NCBI GenBank assembly: GCA_963711565.1
Contig: CAVQEQ010000003.1
Coordinates: 352,001-416,000, forward strand
Length of the DNA stretch: 64,000 bases
Reading direction: 5' to 3'
From: an uncultured delta proteobacterium
Lineage (GTDB): Bacteria > Desulfobacterota > Binatia > Binatales > Binataceae
Translations under genes and position numbers: made by a program
The notes under the pieces: model-generated
The model's database searches: none
Seen by the model: only the letters and a program-made list of their open reading frames with translations
Told to the model about the DNA's origin: nothing
Part shown: positions 30,600-39,520 of the stretch, in pieces
How positions within the stretch are numbered: the stretch's first letter is position 1
How the letters are laid out: the number at the start of each line of letters is the position of its first letter

Positions 30600-31624
30600 A
30601 GGATCAACATCGCGTCGCCGTAGCTGAGGAAGCGATAGCGATGGCGAATGGCTTCGCGGTATGCGGTGAGAATCTGATCGCGTCCCGCAAACGCCATCAC
30701 CAGTGCGAGCACCGTCGTGCGCGGCATGTGGAAGTTCGTCAGCATCGCGTCTGCCAGCTTGAAGCGAAAGCCCGGATGAATAAAGAGCCCGGTGAAGCCC
30801 TCAACGTCGCCCGTTATCGCCCACGATTCGAGCGCGCGCATCGAGCTGGTGCCCACTGCAATTATACGCCCGCCGATCCGTCGCGCATGCTCGATTGCTG
30901 CCTGGGTCGCGGGCGGAATCGTGTACCACTCGGATTCCATCGTGTGGCTCTCGACTTCGACGGCGCGCACCGGCGCGAAAGTCCCCGGCCCGATATGCAG
31001 CGTTACCTTCGCGGTGCGAATTCCCGCGTCGGCGAGCGCCTTGAAGACCTCGTCGGTGAAATGCAGCCCCGCGGTGGGCGCCGCGATCGCACCCGGTTGG
31101 GCCGCATACACGGTCTGGTAGTCGTCGATATCGGCGGGGCCAGCGGTGCGATGTATATAATGAGGCAGCGCGAGCGTCCCGTCGCGATTCAGTATCTGCT
31201 CGATCGATGCATCGCCCTCAGCCACAACGATCGGGCGTCCCGGCCGCGCATAGCCGACGATCTTCAGCACATGTCCGTCGCTCAGAAGGAGCCGCGCATT
31301 GTCTTTCAGCACGCGATGCGTCCGAATAAGCGCGAGCCACGCGCCCGCCGGACCTTCAAGCGGGCTCGCGGCCCGCACCATCAGCAGCTCGACGCGGCCG
31401 CCCGACTCCTTCTGCGCGAAGAGGCGCGCCGGCAGCACGCGGGTGTCGTTGAGGACGATCAGGTCGCCCTCGCGAAGGTGACGCACGAGTTTGTAGAAGC
31501 GCGAATGCTCGACCGATTTGGTTTTGCGATCGAGCACCAGCAATCGCGCCTCGTCGCGGCGGGCCAGCGGCTCCTGCGCAATCAGTTCTTCAGGCAAGTC
31601 GTAGTCGAGTTCGGAAAGCCGCAT
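30596..31624 (-). CDS. queA: S-adenosylmethionine:tRNA ribosyltransferase-isomerase
   Basis: DYDLPEELIAQ, YQTVYA, AAPTAGLHF, TNFH.P, YRFLSYGDAM. Confidence 0.97.
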   Translation of the reverse strand: MRLSELDYDLPEELIAQEPLARRDEARLLVLDRKTKSVEHSRFYKLVRHLREGDLIVLNDTRVLPARLFAQKESGGRVELLMVRAASPLEGPAGAWLALIRTHRVLKDNARLLLSDGHVLKIVGYARPGRPIVVAEGDASIEQILNRDGTLALPHYIHRTAGPADIDDYQTVYAAQPGAIAAPTAGLHFTDEVFKALADAGIRTAKVTLHIGPGTFAPVRAVEVESHTMESEWYTIPPATQAAIEHARRIGGRIIAVGTSSMRALESWAITGDVEGFTGLFIHPGFRFKLADAMLTNFHMPRTTVLALVMAFAGRDQILTAYREAIRHRYRFLSYGDAMLIL

Positions 31625-31781
31625 CGGAGGCAAAGCAGACAGTTCTCAGATATCAGCCCACGAGCGCGCGCGCTATGAGCGGAAAGCCGGCTTGTCATCG
31701 CGGCAGGAGGGATCTCGGACAGCTTCGCGCCAGCGAAGCCGGTACCGGTTTTGAGTCGCTGCGTCCGCGAAACGGCAGAAC

Positions 31782-32855
31782 TTAGAGGTTCGCGGCTTCG
31801 AGTGCGCACGCGGCGGCGGCGGTGCGTGTCTCTACGCCGAGCCGCCCGAGGATGTGTTCCACGTGTTTCGATACGGTCCGCGAACTTATGCCGAGAATAG
31901 TTCCAATCTCCGGATTGGTCTTGCCGGCCGCGATGTAAGCCAGGATTTCTGACTCACGCCGGGTCAGCGGAAGACTACTGAGCGTCCCAGAATCGATCGC
32001 GCCGCGGTGTTCTTCGAGCACCATGAAATTCTGTTCGGGCTTCGAAAGCAGATGGACAATAAGACGGTTGCCGTCCCGCTCTATTACAAGGGGACGGCGA
32101 ACATCCGGGACATCAGTGGCCTTGCGCACGGTTTTCTCCGACCGCGAAATCCATTGCGCAAGCTCCTCCGGCAACCCGTGAGTTGTTCGCTTCGGGAAAA
32201 ACTTCTCAAGCGCTTTTGTCGCGCCGGCGGTTTCCATCGTGATGGTTCCGTTCAGGTCCATCGCGATAAGACCGCGCCCGGCGCAATTCGGGCCGCTCTT
32301 CATCGCTGCCATTTCGATCAGCGCCGAGGTGACATGCGCAACGCGAAAGGCCTGACGCACGTGCGCTGAAACTGACACCAGCATGTCCCGGTGGGCATCC
32401 GGAGTTTGCTTGTGCTGACCGACCCCTAAGAATTCGATGCGATCGGGCCTGGAGTACAAGAACAAGCTGCAACCATCTCGCATTCCTAGCGGCCGATACA
32501 CTTCGTTGTAAAGCGCTGAGCGCAAAAATTGTGACACGGGCTGCACGTCGGACCATCGCGTGAATTGCTCGCAGCGAGTGCGCTGGAAATGGACGACAAT
32601 CGGGCTGCTGGGCGCAAGTCGCGCGAGAATTGCGTCACCCTCCGGGAGCCTGAGCTCAGGCGGATCCATGCGCTGGGTTCGGCCCTGCTGAGGAGCCCCA
32701 ACTTCAAACGATGCGTCGGCAGCGAATATGGCGGGAACCAGCGCTCGGAGTGCTGACATTAAATGGTCCCTGAGCCCGTCAGGGGTTCGGGGCTCGTAGA
32801 GTCCTCTCACGAACTCGAGCACGCGATCGAAGTCGGTTCGCGTATAGCGGTACAT
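31782..32855 (-). CDS. LuxR-family HTH transcriptional regulator, paralog of 23413..24504
   Basis: LTRRESEILAYIAAGKTNPEIGTILGISSRTVSKHVEHILGRLGVETRTAAA; shared LY..VYRP sensor motif. Confidence 0.9.
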   Translation of the reverse strand: MYRYTRTDFDRVLEFVRGLYEPRTPDGLRDHLMSALRALVPAIFAADASFEVGAPQQGRTQRMDPPELRLPEGDAILARLAPSSPIVVHFQRTRCEQFTRWSDVQPVSQFLRSALYNEVYRPLGMRDGCSLFLYSRPDRIEFLGVGQHKQTPDAHRDMLVSVSAHVRQAFRVAHVTSALIEMAAMKSGPNCAGRGLIAMDLNGTITMETAGATKALEKFFPKRTTHGLPEELAQWISRSEKTVRKATDVPDVRRPLVIERDGNRLIVHLLSKPEQNFMVLEEHRGAIDSGTLSSLPLTRRESEILAYIAAGKTNPEIGTILGISSRTVSKHVEHILGRLGVETRTAAAACALEAANL

Positions 32856-32896
32856 ATGAATCGCTGTCTACGCGGGATTGTCCGCCTGCCTGCCGC

Positions 32897-32946
32897 ATAC
32901 GTCAATTGACGTATTGCTCAAATAGGACTACCTGCTAGCGTCCACG
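32897..32946 (+). promoter_or_regulatory. Promoter with perfect 18-bp palindrome ATACGTCAATTGACGTAT (putative LuxR-family operator)
   Basis: Palindrome at 32897-32914, TTGCTC, 16 nt, TAGCGT at 32936 preceded by TG; duplicated at 34645. Confidence 0.8.
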
Positions 32947-33069
32947 CGGGGTGGAGACCGCATAAGCAAGCAATCCGTATATTCTCACCGCCGCGACAGG
33001 GTGAGTCTCATCGGGGTGGGGACTGATGAAGGCATCTCCGGGAAAGATGCGCAAATTTGGGGAGACGGT

Positions 33070-34530
33070 ATGAAACGAATTTTTCTTACGCTCGCATTGT
33101 CAGGCGCTTTTGGAATGGCGTTGCTAGGAAGTGCATCAAAGTCGATGGCTACTTGCGCGCCTGGGACGGTCGGCGCCGCCATTCGGGGAAACTACGCGAT
33201 CAAGATCGTAGGCGGGGAAGTCGATACAGGCTCCGCCGGTGATCCGAAGCCGAATCCGATCGTGGGAATCGGTGTGATCGCGGTGGATGGCGCCTGCGAC
33301 GTAACTGGCGGCGAGTTGATCTATAACGTTGGCGGCACCATTACCGGTCCGGCAAATGACGCACCGCCCAGGAACGCAGTTGTAGCCTTCTCGGGATCGT
33401 TGTCAGCAAATATTTCCGCCGGCACTTCCTATAATCTCAATACCAACGACACCGGCTTTCTTACCTTGACTGACACCGCCGGCGGAATGAACGACGGAAA
33501 CCCGGTTACCTTCGGTATCACAGTCGAATCGGGCGGCACCGAGTTCCGCGGTGTCCGCACCAATGGCGGTACCGCTGCCGGGTCGCCTCCGGCTGATGAT
33601 GCCCCCCTCACCATCCTTGGTGAGCGGCAGGGCTCGGCGACGCCCGGGACGCCGGCGCTTACTACCGCGACATTCGAAAGTCCCTTTGCGATCAGTTGCG
33701 ACACGGTGAACACGACCAGCACCGGTCTCGGATTGGGCTATCAACCGCTTTCGGGAGCCGTGCAGGAGCATCCATATCCGCCGGTCGGCAGCTCGATCAT
33801 ATCGATTAACAGCAATCTCTGGTTCAACAACAACGGCGGGACGATCAATGGCTCGACGACTCTCGTTCCTCCTAATGGCGGCGCTTACCTTTGCGACCTA
33901 GGTGGTTCCATACTAGGGGCTCCGAGTCTGGTGGATGGTACGCAGAATACCGACGCGCTCTTCGAAAACAGTTTCGGTTGCCCTATCGGAGCGAATACCG
34001 ACTCTTCATGGGTACTCTGGGGTCCCTCATACCAGAACGCGTTCACAATTTTGACCGGGGTACAGGTGGACGCAGGAGGTTTCATGCCCGTCACCAGCGT
34101 CTCAAGCTGCACTGCGGGTAAAACTATTGTTGGCGGAACCGACCATCTGGTTCCCGCGGCAGTTACGGTGCATTCGACCGGCGCGAATGAGACGATCACG
34201 ATCACGAACGACTCCCCCGTCCCGATGACCTACGCGAGCATCACGCTAAGCGCTGCTCTGAGCGGGTTCGTAACGATCACGGGCGGGGCCTGCACCACGA
34301 GTGCCGGCTCGATCCCTTCGGATAACCTGGCGTTTGGTCCGGGCGGCTGCACAATCACTCTTGCAGACACCGGGACTCATTGCGCAGCCACGGGCCCCGA
34401 CCACATCACTGGTAGCGCTACTCCGGGTCCGGGGCTAGGAACCTTGAGGGTTGCGTTGAACGATCACTCGATCGCGGGTGGTACTGAAGACGCCAATGGT
34501 GACGAAGTCGCAGTAACCTGCACGCATTAG
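33070..34530 (+). CDS. Secreted Gly/Thr/Ser-rich hypothetical protein with a C-terminal Ig-like domain
   Basis: GGAG RBS, signal peptide MKRIFLTLALS, paired Cys, beta-rich composition. Confidence 0.75.
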   Translation: MKRIFLTLALSGAFGMALLGSASKSMATCAPGTVGAAIRGNYAIKIVGGEVDTGSAGDPKPNPIVGIGVIAVDGACDVTGGELIYNVGGTITGPANDAPPRNAVVAFSGSLSANISAGTSYNLNTNDTGFLTLTDTAGGMNDGNPVTFGITVESGGTEFRGVRTNGGTAAGSPPADDAPLTILGERQGSATPGTPALTTATFESPFAISCDTVNTTSTGLGLGYQPLSGAVQEHPYPPVGSSIISINSNLWFNNNGGTINGSTTLVPPNGGAYLCDLGGSILGAPSLVDGTQNTDALFENSFGCPIGANTDSSWVLWGPSYQNAFTILTGVQVDAGGFMPVTSVSSCTAGKTIVGGTDHLVPAAVTVHSTGANETITITNDSPVPMTYASITLSAALSGFVTITGGACTTSAGSIPSDNLAFGPGGCTITLADTGTHCAATGPDHITGSATPGPGLGTLRVALNDHSIAGGTEDANGDEVAVTCTH

Positions 34531-34569
34531 TCCAACATCTTGAACTTCCACTTTTGGAAGTGAGCCTTA

Positions 34570-34604
34570 AGGGCGGGCCGGCGATGGCCCGCCCTGATTT
34601 TTTT
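34570..34604 (+). terminator. Rho-independent terminator
   Basis: AGGGCGGGCC-GGCGAT-GGCCCGCCCT followed by GATTTTTTT. Confidence 0.85.
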
Positions 34605-34644
34605 CGCGCGTCGAGATCGACTGCAAACGGTATGCGGCGATCGC

Positions 34645-34694
34645 ATACGTCAATTGACGTATTGCCGAAATTTGACTCGTTGCTAGCGTCCACG
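34645..34694 (+). promoter_or_regulatory. Second promoter with the same 18-bp palindrome
   Basis: ATACGTCAATTGACGTAT at 34645-34662, TTGCCG, 16 nt, TAGCGT at 34684; the TGCTAGCGTCCACG block is identical to copy 1. Confidence 0.8.
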
Positions 34695-34751
34695 TTGTGA
34701 AGTCGCGTTTTCGACCGGCGTGACCAGGACTTTCCAAGGAGGACGCAAGAG

Positions 34752-35552
34752 ATGAAAAGGGAGAAACTGGCGGCGGTATTCTTTGCCGCCGTGACGATGC
34801 TCGTATTCGCCGCATCGGCGGGCGCCGCGGACGGCACCATCGAGATCAACCAGGCCAAGGTGCTCGCGAACGGCGGGTTTCCCTACACCATAGGCACAGG
34901 AAGCTATCGACTCACCGGCAACCTAACAGTTCCATCTGGTACCAACGGAATTAACGTAAATGCGGCCAACGTCACCATCGATCTGAACGGATTCTCGATT
35001 ATCGGGCCCCTCACTACTCTCACGAGCGCAACGCCAATCGGAATTGATGCGTTCGAAATCCTGGTTACGGTGGAAAACGGGATCGTCACCGGATTCGGCA
35101 CCGGCGTTGAGGTGGGAGGCGGCGGCATCATCAGAAACGTCCACGTCGATGGGAACTTCAATGGCATCGAGGCGAGCAACAACAGTGTGGTCACAGGCTG
35201 CACGGCAAACAACGGCAATGTTGGCGGTACCGGCATTGCGTGCGCGGCGACCTGCACGATCTCCGGCAATACTGCAAACGGCGATGGCGCCGGCGGCATT
35301 ACATGCGGCGGGGACGCCTGCGTGATCTCCGGCAACACCGCGAGCGATGACGGCGTTGGCATCCATTGCAAGGGATCGGGATGTCTGATTTCCGGCAATA
35401 CTGTGACCAGCGCCGGCACATATCCTATCGAGGCCTCTGATGCCACCACCGGCTACGGGGGGAATGTACTCGCGGGTCTCGTAGTCTCCTTGGGCGGCAC
35501 CTCGTTTGGCAACAATGTCTGCACAACCCTCTCGGGCACTGTCATTTGCTGA
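34752..35552 (+). CDS. Secreted right-handed parallel beta-helix repeat protein
   Basis: AGGAGG RBS, signal peptide, GSYRLTGNL..NVTIDLNGFSI, repeated GI.C...C.ISGNT. Confidence 0.82.
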   Translation: MKREKLAAVFFAAVTMLVFAASAGAADGTIEINQAKVLANGGFPYTIGTGSYRLTGNLTVPSGTNGINVNAANVTIDLNGFSIIGPLTTLTSATPIGIDAFEILVTVENGIVTGFGTGVEVGGGGIIRNVHVDGNFNGIEASNNSVVTGCTANNGNVGGTGIACAATCTISGNTANGDGAGGITCGGDACVISGNTASDDGVGIHCKGSGCLISGNTVTSAGTYPIEASDATTGYGGNVLAGLVVSLGGTSFGNNVCTTLSGTVIC

Positions 35553-35650
35553 GGCTTGGCGATGCTGCTTGCAATCGCCGCTGACCGGAAAGCTCGACGG
35601 CCGGCATCCGGCGCCGCAGGCTCGGGCGGTTTGCCGCAAGCATCGTTGCG

Positions 35651-37213
35651 ATGCTGGCAGCGGCGGTCGGGATAAGCGTCACACCCGCCGCAGCGCAAAC
35701 CCCATTGAGCATGCTATGCGTCTCGCCCGATATCACCGTCGCTCTGAGCAGCAGAACCGTCACACCCCAGCAGGTGCAATGTTACTCGTTTCCTTCCGGC
35801 ACGGCTTCGAAGAGCTTTGCCGGTATTCCGGCGGGCGTGAACGTGACCGGGTACTTCCCGCTGAGTGCGACGCAGACCCTGCTCACGATCGACACCACCG
35901 CCGCACTGCCGACCAACGGTACCGGTGGGATCGTAACCGTAACTCCGCACGATGTGGCGTCGTACAATCCGTCAACCGGCTTTTTCTCGTCATCGCTTTA
36001 CTTCGCGGGCGCGAGCAACAGCATTCCCGACGGGACGCAGATCGACGCACTCGGGATGGACACCGCAGGAGACCTGCTGCTCTCGTTCGACGTGACCATA
36101 GCCGTCCCCAAATCCGGCGGCGGGACGATAACCGTCAACCCGGCAGACTTGGTCTCGTTCACAGGCGGTGTTTATACGCTGGTTTTCAACAGTGCCGTGG
36201 CCGGCATCCCCGATGGAACAAATCTCGAGGGCGCTACGATGCTGCCTAACACCGACCTGTTGCTCACCTTCGATGTGATCGGCTCGATCGACGGAATTGA
36301 TTTCACGCCGACCAACGTCCTGGAGTTCAATTCCGGCGCCAACAGTTGGGTGCTGTCATTCAGTGGCGCCTCGAGCGACGAATGGCCGGACGGCAGCTTG
36401 TTCCAGGGAGTATGGGCCGCAGCAGCCCCCACGCCCACTGCGACGCCAACGCGGACAGCGACGCCAACCGCCACTGCGACTTCAAAGGCGAGCGCGACGC
36501 GGACGCCGACTGCGACCACGACGCATACCGCGACACGGACTGCGACGCCCACCGCCACGGCGACCGCGACCAAGACGCCAACAGCGACCGCGACCAGGAC
36601 CGCGACGGCCACAGCGACTGCTTCGGCAACTCGGACTGCCACCGCGACGGCAACGGCCACAACGTCCACCGCGACCGCGACGCGGACATCTACGCCGACT
36701 GCAACTGCGACGTCCACAACTCCGACTGCAAGCGCAACGCCGACCAAGACCGCCACTGCGACTGCGACGCCGACTGCGACGGGGACCACCGCGGCGACTC
36801 CAACTGCAACTGCCACGCTAACCGCCACAGCTACTGCAACCGCGACTGCCACTTCAGCCACGACCACCGCGACGCCAACGCCAGTGCCGATTGTACTGAA
36901 GATCAGGCCGGCGTCGCTGAAGTTCGGCACTGTGAAGGTCGGCAGTCATAAAGGAAAGAGTGTCGGCGTGACCAACCCCAAAAGCAGCAAGAAGAAGCCA
37001 GGTCTTACGGTGTTGATGGAAGGGGTCAGCGGAGTGGTCAGTCCGTACAGCGTCAGCAATGGCTGCGACGCGCCGTTGGCGCCAGGCGCGAAGTGCTCAA
37101 TCGAGGTCACTTTCGCGCCGACTGTATCGGGAGCTCAGGACGGCGCCGTGATGATAATCGACAATGCGGAAGACGCGCCGCAGACGGTGAGGCTAACGGG
37201 CAAGGGCAAATAG
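35651..37213 (+). CDS. Secreted surface protein with a long Thr/Ala/Pro linker and a basic C-terminal ASH-like domain
   Basis: D.LLSFD repeats, ~150-aa TATATPT tract, C-terminal LKFGTVKVG...CSIEVTFAPT...LTGKGK; start uncertain. Confidence 0.8.
   Translation: MLAAAVGISVTPAAAQTPLSMLCVSPDITVALSSRTVTPQQVQCYSFPSGTASKSFAGIPAGVNVTGYFPLSATQTLLTIDTTAALPTNGTGGIVTVTPHDVASYNPSTGFFSSSLYFAGASNSIPDGTQIDALGMDTAGDLLLSFDVTIAVPKSGGGTITVNPADLVSFTGGVYTLVFNSAVAGIPDGTNLEGATMLPNTDLLLTFDVIGSIDGIDFTPTNVLEFNSGANSWVLSFSGASSDEWPDGSLFQGVWAAAAPTPTATPTRTATPTATATSKASATRTPTATTTHTATRTATPTATATATKTPTATATRTATATATASATRTATATATATTSTATATRTSTPTATATSTTPTASATPTKTATATATPTATGTTAATPTATATLTATATATATATSATTTATPTPVPIVLKIRPASLKFGTVKVGSHKGKSVGVTNPKSSKKKPGLTVLMEGVSGVVSPYSVSNGCDAPLAPGAKCSIEVTFAPTVSGAQDGAVMIIDNAEDAPQTVRLTGKGK
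36428..36880 (+). repeat. Degenerate ACNGCN coding tandem repeat (Thr-Ala linker)
   Basis: Visible low-complexity tract; shorter equivalents near 11820-11900 and 16405-16480. Confidence 0.85.
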
Positions 37214-37298
37214 ACAACGCGCCGTGGCCGCGGATGACTCGCGCGACATGCTCAGAATGGATAGTTGATGCCGGGGACCAGTGCTCGCCTCGATTCGA

Positions 37299-37865
37299 TC
37301 AATTTCTTAGCAAAGACTTCCGCATTGCCTGATGCTTGGTTTGCGGATGAAGCCACACGCTCATGATCGCCGGACAGAAAGACGGATCGTCAACCGCGGC
37401 GACGCTCGAATTGTTCAAATAGGAAAGCGTCCGGTTCGTGTCTGAGCAGAATATGACGATCTGATCGCCTTGCCGGACGTTGGGAATAAGCTTCGTCAGC
37501 TCAGCCTGCCAGATGCCAAGTTGACGCGCGTCGCCAACCTTGAGATCGCGCATCTCGGCGATTGCGCTCTTCACCAAGATGTCGGCGGCAACATCCCGGC
37601 CCGGCTCGATATCGAGAGCGTGCGGCACTGTGGCCGACCATTGCGGGCCGACAATCCACAACGTCGCATCGTACATCCGGATGCCCCACCACGTCTGGCG
37701 GCCTTTCCCCAACGGATGCATTCCCGGTGCTTTGGAAATCACCTGCGGCGGCAACGGTCTGGCGCCACCCGACGGCGCGGCTATCGCGAAGGTAGCTGAA
37801 ATCAGAACCAGGAGCATTGTTGCCAGTCGTAAGGACTCGGCGCCGGCAGGAACTCGGTGTCTCAT
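37299..37865 (-). CDS. Chalcone-isomerase-like family secreted protein
   Basis: G.G...WWGIRMYDATLW, IPNVRQGDQI, F..IWL.P.T....RKSLL; start uncertain (37865 or 37904). Confidence 0.7.
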   Translation of the reverse strand: MRHRVPAGAESLRLATMLLVLISATFAIAAPSGGARPLPPQVISKAPGMHPLGKGRQTWWGIRMYDATLWIVGPQWSATVPHALDIEPGRDVAADILVKSAIAEMRDLKVGDARQLGIWQAELTKLIPNVRQGDQIVIFCSDTNRTLSYLNNSSVAAVDDPSFCPAIMSVWLHPQTKHQAMRKSLLRN

Positions 37866-37910
37866 CAGCAGCCGCATGATGGCCGACAGTCGGGCGGCCC
37901 GCAAGCGCGA

Positions 37911-39245
37911 CTAGAAAGGATAGTTGATGCCGGAGAAGACGGCGGCGCCTTCGCCACCCCATCCGATATCGACGAAGCCGACTACGAACGGCTCCGCGAT
38001 GCCGCGAAAGCCGATGCCGCCAACCGGGTGCAGATCCGTGAACGGGTTGTAGCCCATGTCATGGCCGACGCGGCCCGCCTCGGCAAACGGCGCGAGCTCG
38101 AGGGTCCCGTGAGTGCCCATAACGTCTTTGTCCCAGACCCGCGTGCGCATCTCGAGGTTCATCACGAACAGATTGTTATCGATATAGCGGCCCGTGCCGT
38201 AGCCGCGCAGCGGCTCCTGATCGGTAAGGATACTGTCGTCGCCGCCCAGGCGCGCCTGCGACCAGAACGGCATCTCGTTACCGGCCGGCTCGTACTCGGT
38301 GAAAAGATGACCGGCAAAGGTAATGCGCTCGCCGACGGTAATGTACTGGCGCAATTCGCCGCCGAAGCGATTATACGAAACCGAGCTGCCGAACCTGCGA
38401 TCCGCGTTACCATAGTAGAGCCGGCCGAGCGTGCCCGATCGCGGGATATCCACCGAGTCGCGTGAGTCGTATTGGAGCATCACCTGCTGCAGAACTTCGC
38501 TGCCGCCGTTAACGCCTTTCTGATTTGGGAACAAGCTAAAAATCGAGGGCACCGAGTTGAAGCCGCCATCATGGATTCGCACCCAGCGCGGGCGTTCGGT
38601 CAGAGAGGCCTGCCATTTGTCATTCAGGTTCAAGCCGAAAACCCCCTCGCCGTAAACCTGCTCGGTGGTGTAGTTGGTCTGGTTGCCGTAGTGGGAGTTG
38701 TTGCCCAATCCGTAAAAGCGCTCGGTCGGATCTTTCTCGAAGAAGAAGCGCCCCTCGAACGACCACCACTTCTTATGCTCGCGCCCGGTCTGGTAATCGA
38801 GATCGACGTTGCGCGAGATGGTCTCCTGCGCGCCTGCCTCCGCGTACCAATTGATATCCGACGAGGGATACGCCAGGTAGCGAAAGTTGCCGCCCGGGCC
38901 GAGCGTGCTGTTGGAGTTGATATCGGGCGCCAGGATGCTGCTGATCTCGTTCTTGTTGTCGGTGAACAGCCAAACCGGCAGCACGCCGTAAGTGACCCCG
39001 CCGTTAGGATCGGTGGCAACTTCAGGCACCGGTATGAACGGCCACGAGTTGGGGTCCTGAATCTTGAACGAACTCCAGTCGTACTGCGGCATTCTCCAGG
39101 TGCTGGGGTCAATCAACGAGAACCCGGGTGAAGACGTTGGCACCGAAGGGTTCGGGGGCACCTGCGGGATCGAGTCGGCGTGCACAGTGGCCGCCGCAAC
39201 TACAAAAGCCGTGATTAAGATGAGTGAGGCGAAAACTCTCCGCAT
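37911..39245 (-). CDS. Omp85/BamA-TamA family outer-membrane beta-barrel without evident POTRA domains
   Basis: Signal peptide, YDSRD...P..G, LGG...LRGYGTGRY, terminal GINYPF. Confidence 0.82.
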   Translation of the reverse strand: MRRVFASLILITAFVVAAATVHADSIPQVPPNPSVPTSSPGFSLIDPSTWRMPQYDWSSFKIQDPNSWPFIPVPEVATDPNGGVTYGVLPVWLFTDNKNEISSILAPDINSNSTLGPGGNFRYLAYPSSDINWYAEAGAQETISRNVDLDYQTGREHKKWWSFEGRFFFEKDPTERFYGLGNNSHYGNQTNYTTEQVYGEGVFGLNLNDKWQASLTERPRWVRIHDGGFNSVPSIFSLFPNQKGVNGGSEVLQQVMLQYDSRDSVDIPRSGTLGRLYYGNADRRFGSSVSYNRFGGELRQYITVGERITFAGHLFTEYEPAGNEMPFWSQARLGGDDSILTDQEPLRGYGTGRYIDNNLFVMNLEMRTRVWDKDVMGTHGTLELAPFAEAGRVGHDMGYNPFTDLHPVGGIGFRGIAEPFVVGFVDIGWGGEGAAVFSGINYPF

Positions 39246-39520
39246 TGGGATCCTGGGGAATTAGATTTGATCTGTTGGCATTCGGCTACTCCTCCATCAC
39301 CTTCACCACCACCATCGAAGCGCCCGGATTCTCCCGAGCCCGCAGCACCGAATGATGGTCAAAGCTGACAGGCTTGCACGCGGCGATCAACCCTGTTGGC
39401 GCTCGCCGAAGCAATGCATCTCGCAATCTGTCGTCATCGACACGCGCGCGCTTTTCGGCGACGCGGTAAATGTGCAAGGATTCGGATCAAGCGGAAAGAT
39501 TTCCTCAAAGGAGCTCAGTA

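Noticed and set aside
36172-36930. Val/Ala-repeat membrane protein on the minus strand
   Set aside because: It is the reverse complement of the Thr/Ala linker of 35651..37213.
39286-39477. 63-aa ORF between the Omp85 and TPP-enzyme genes
   Set aside because: No recognisable motif or RBS and it overlaps the divergent promoter region; it may be a remnant but I cannot support it.
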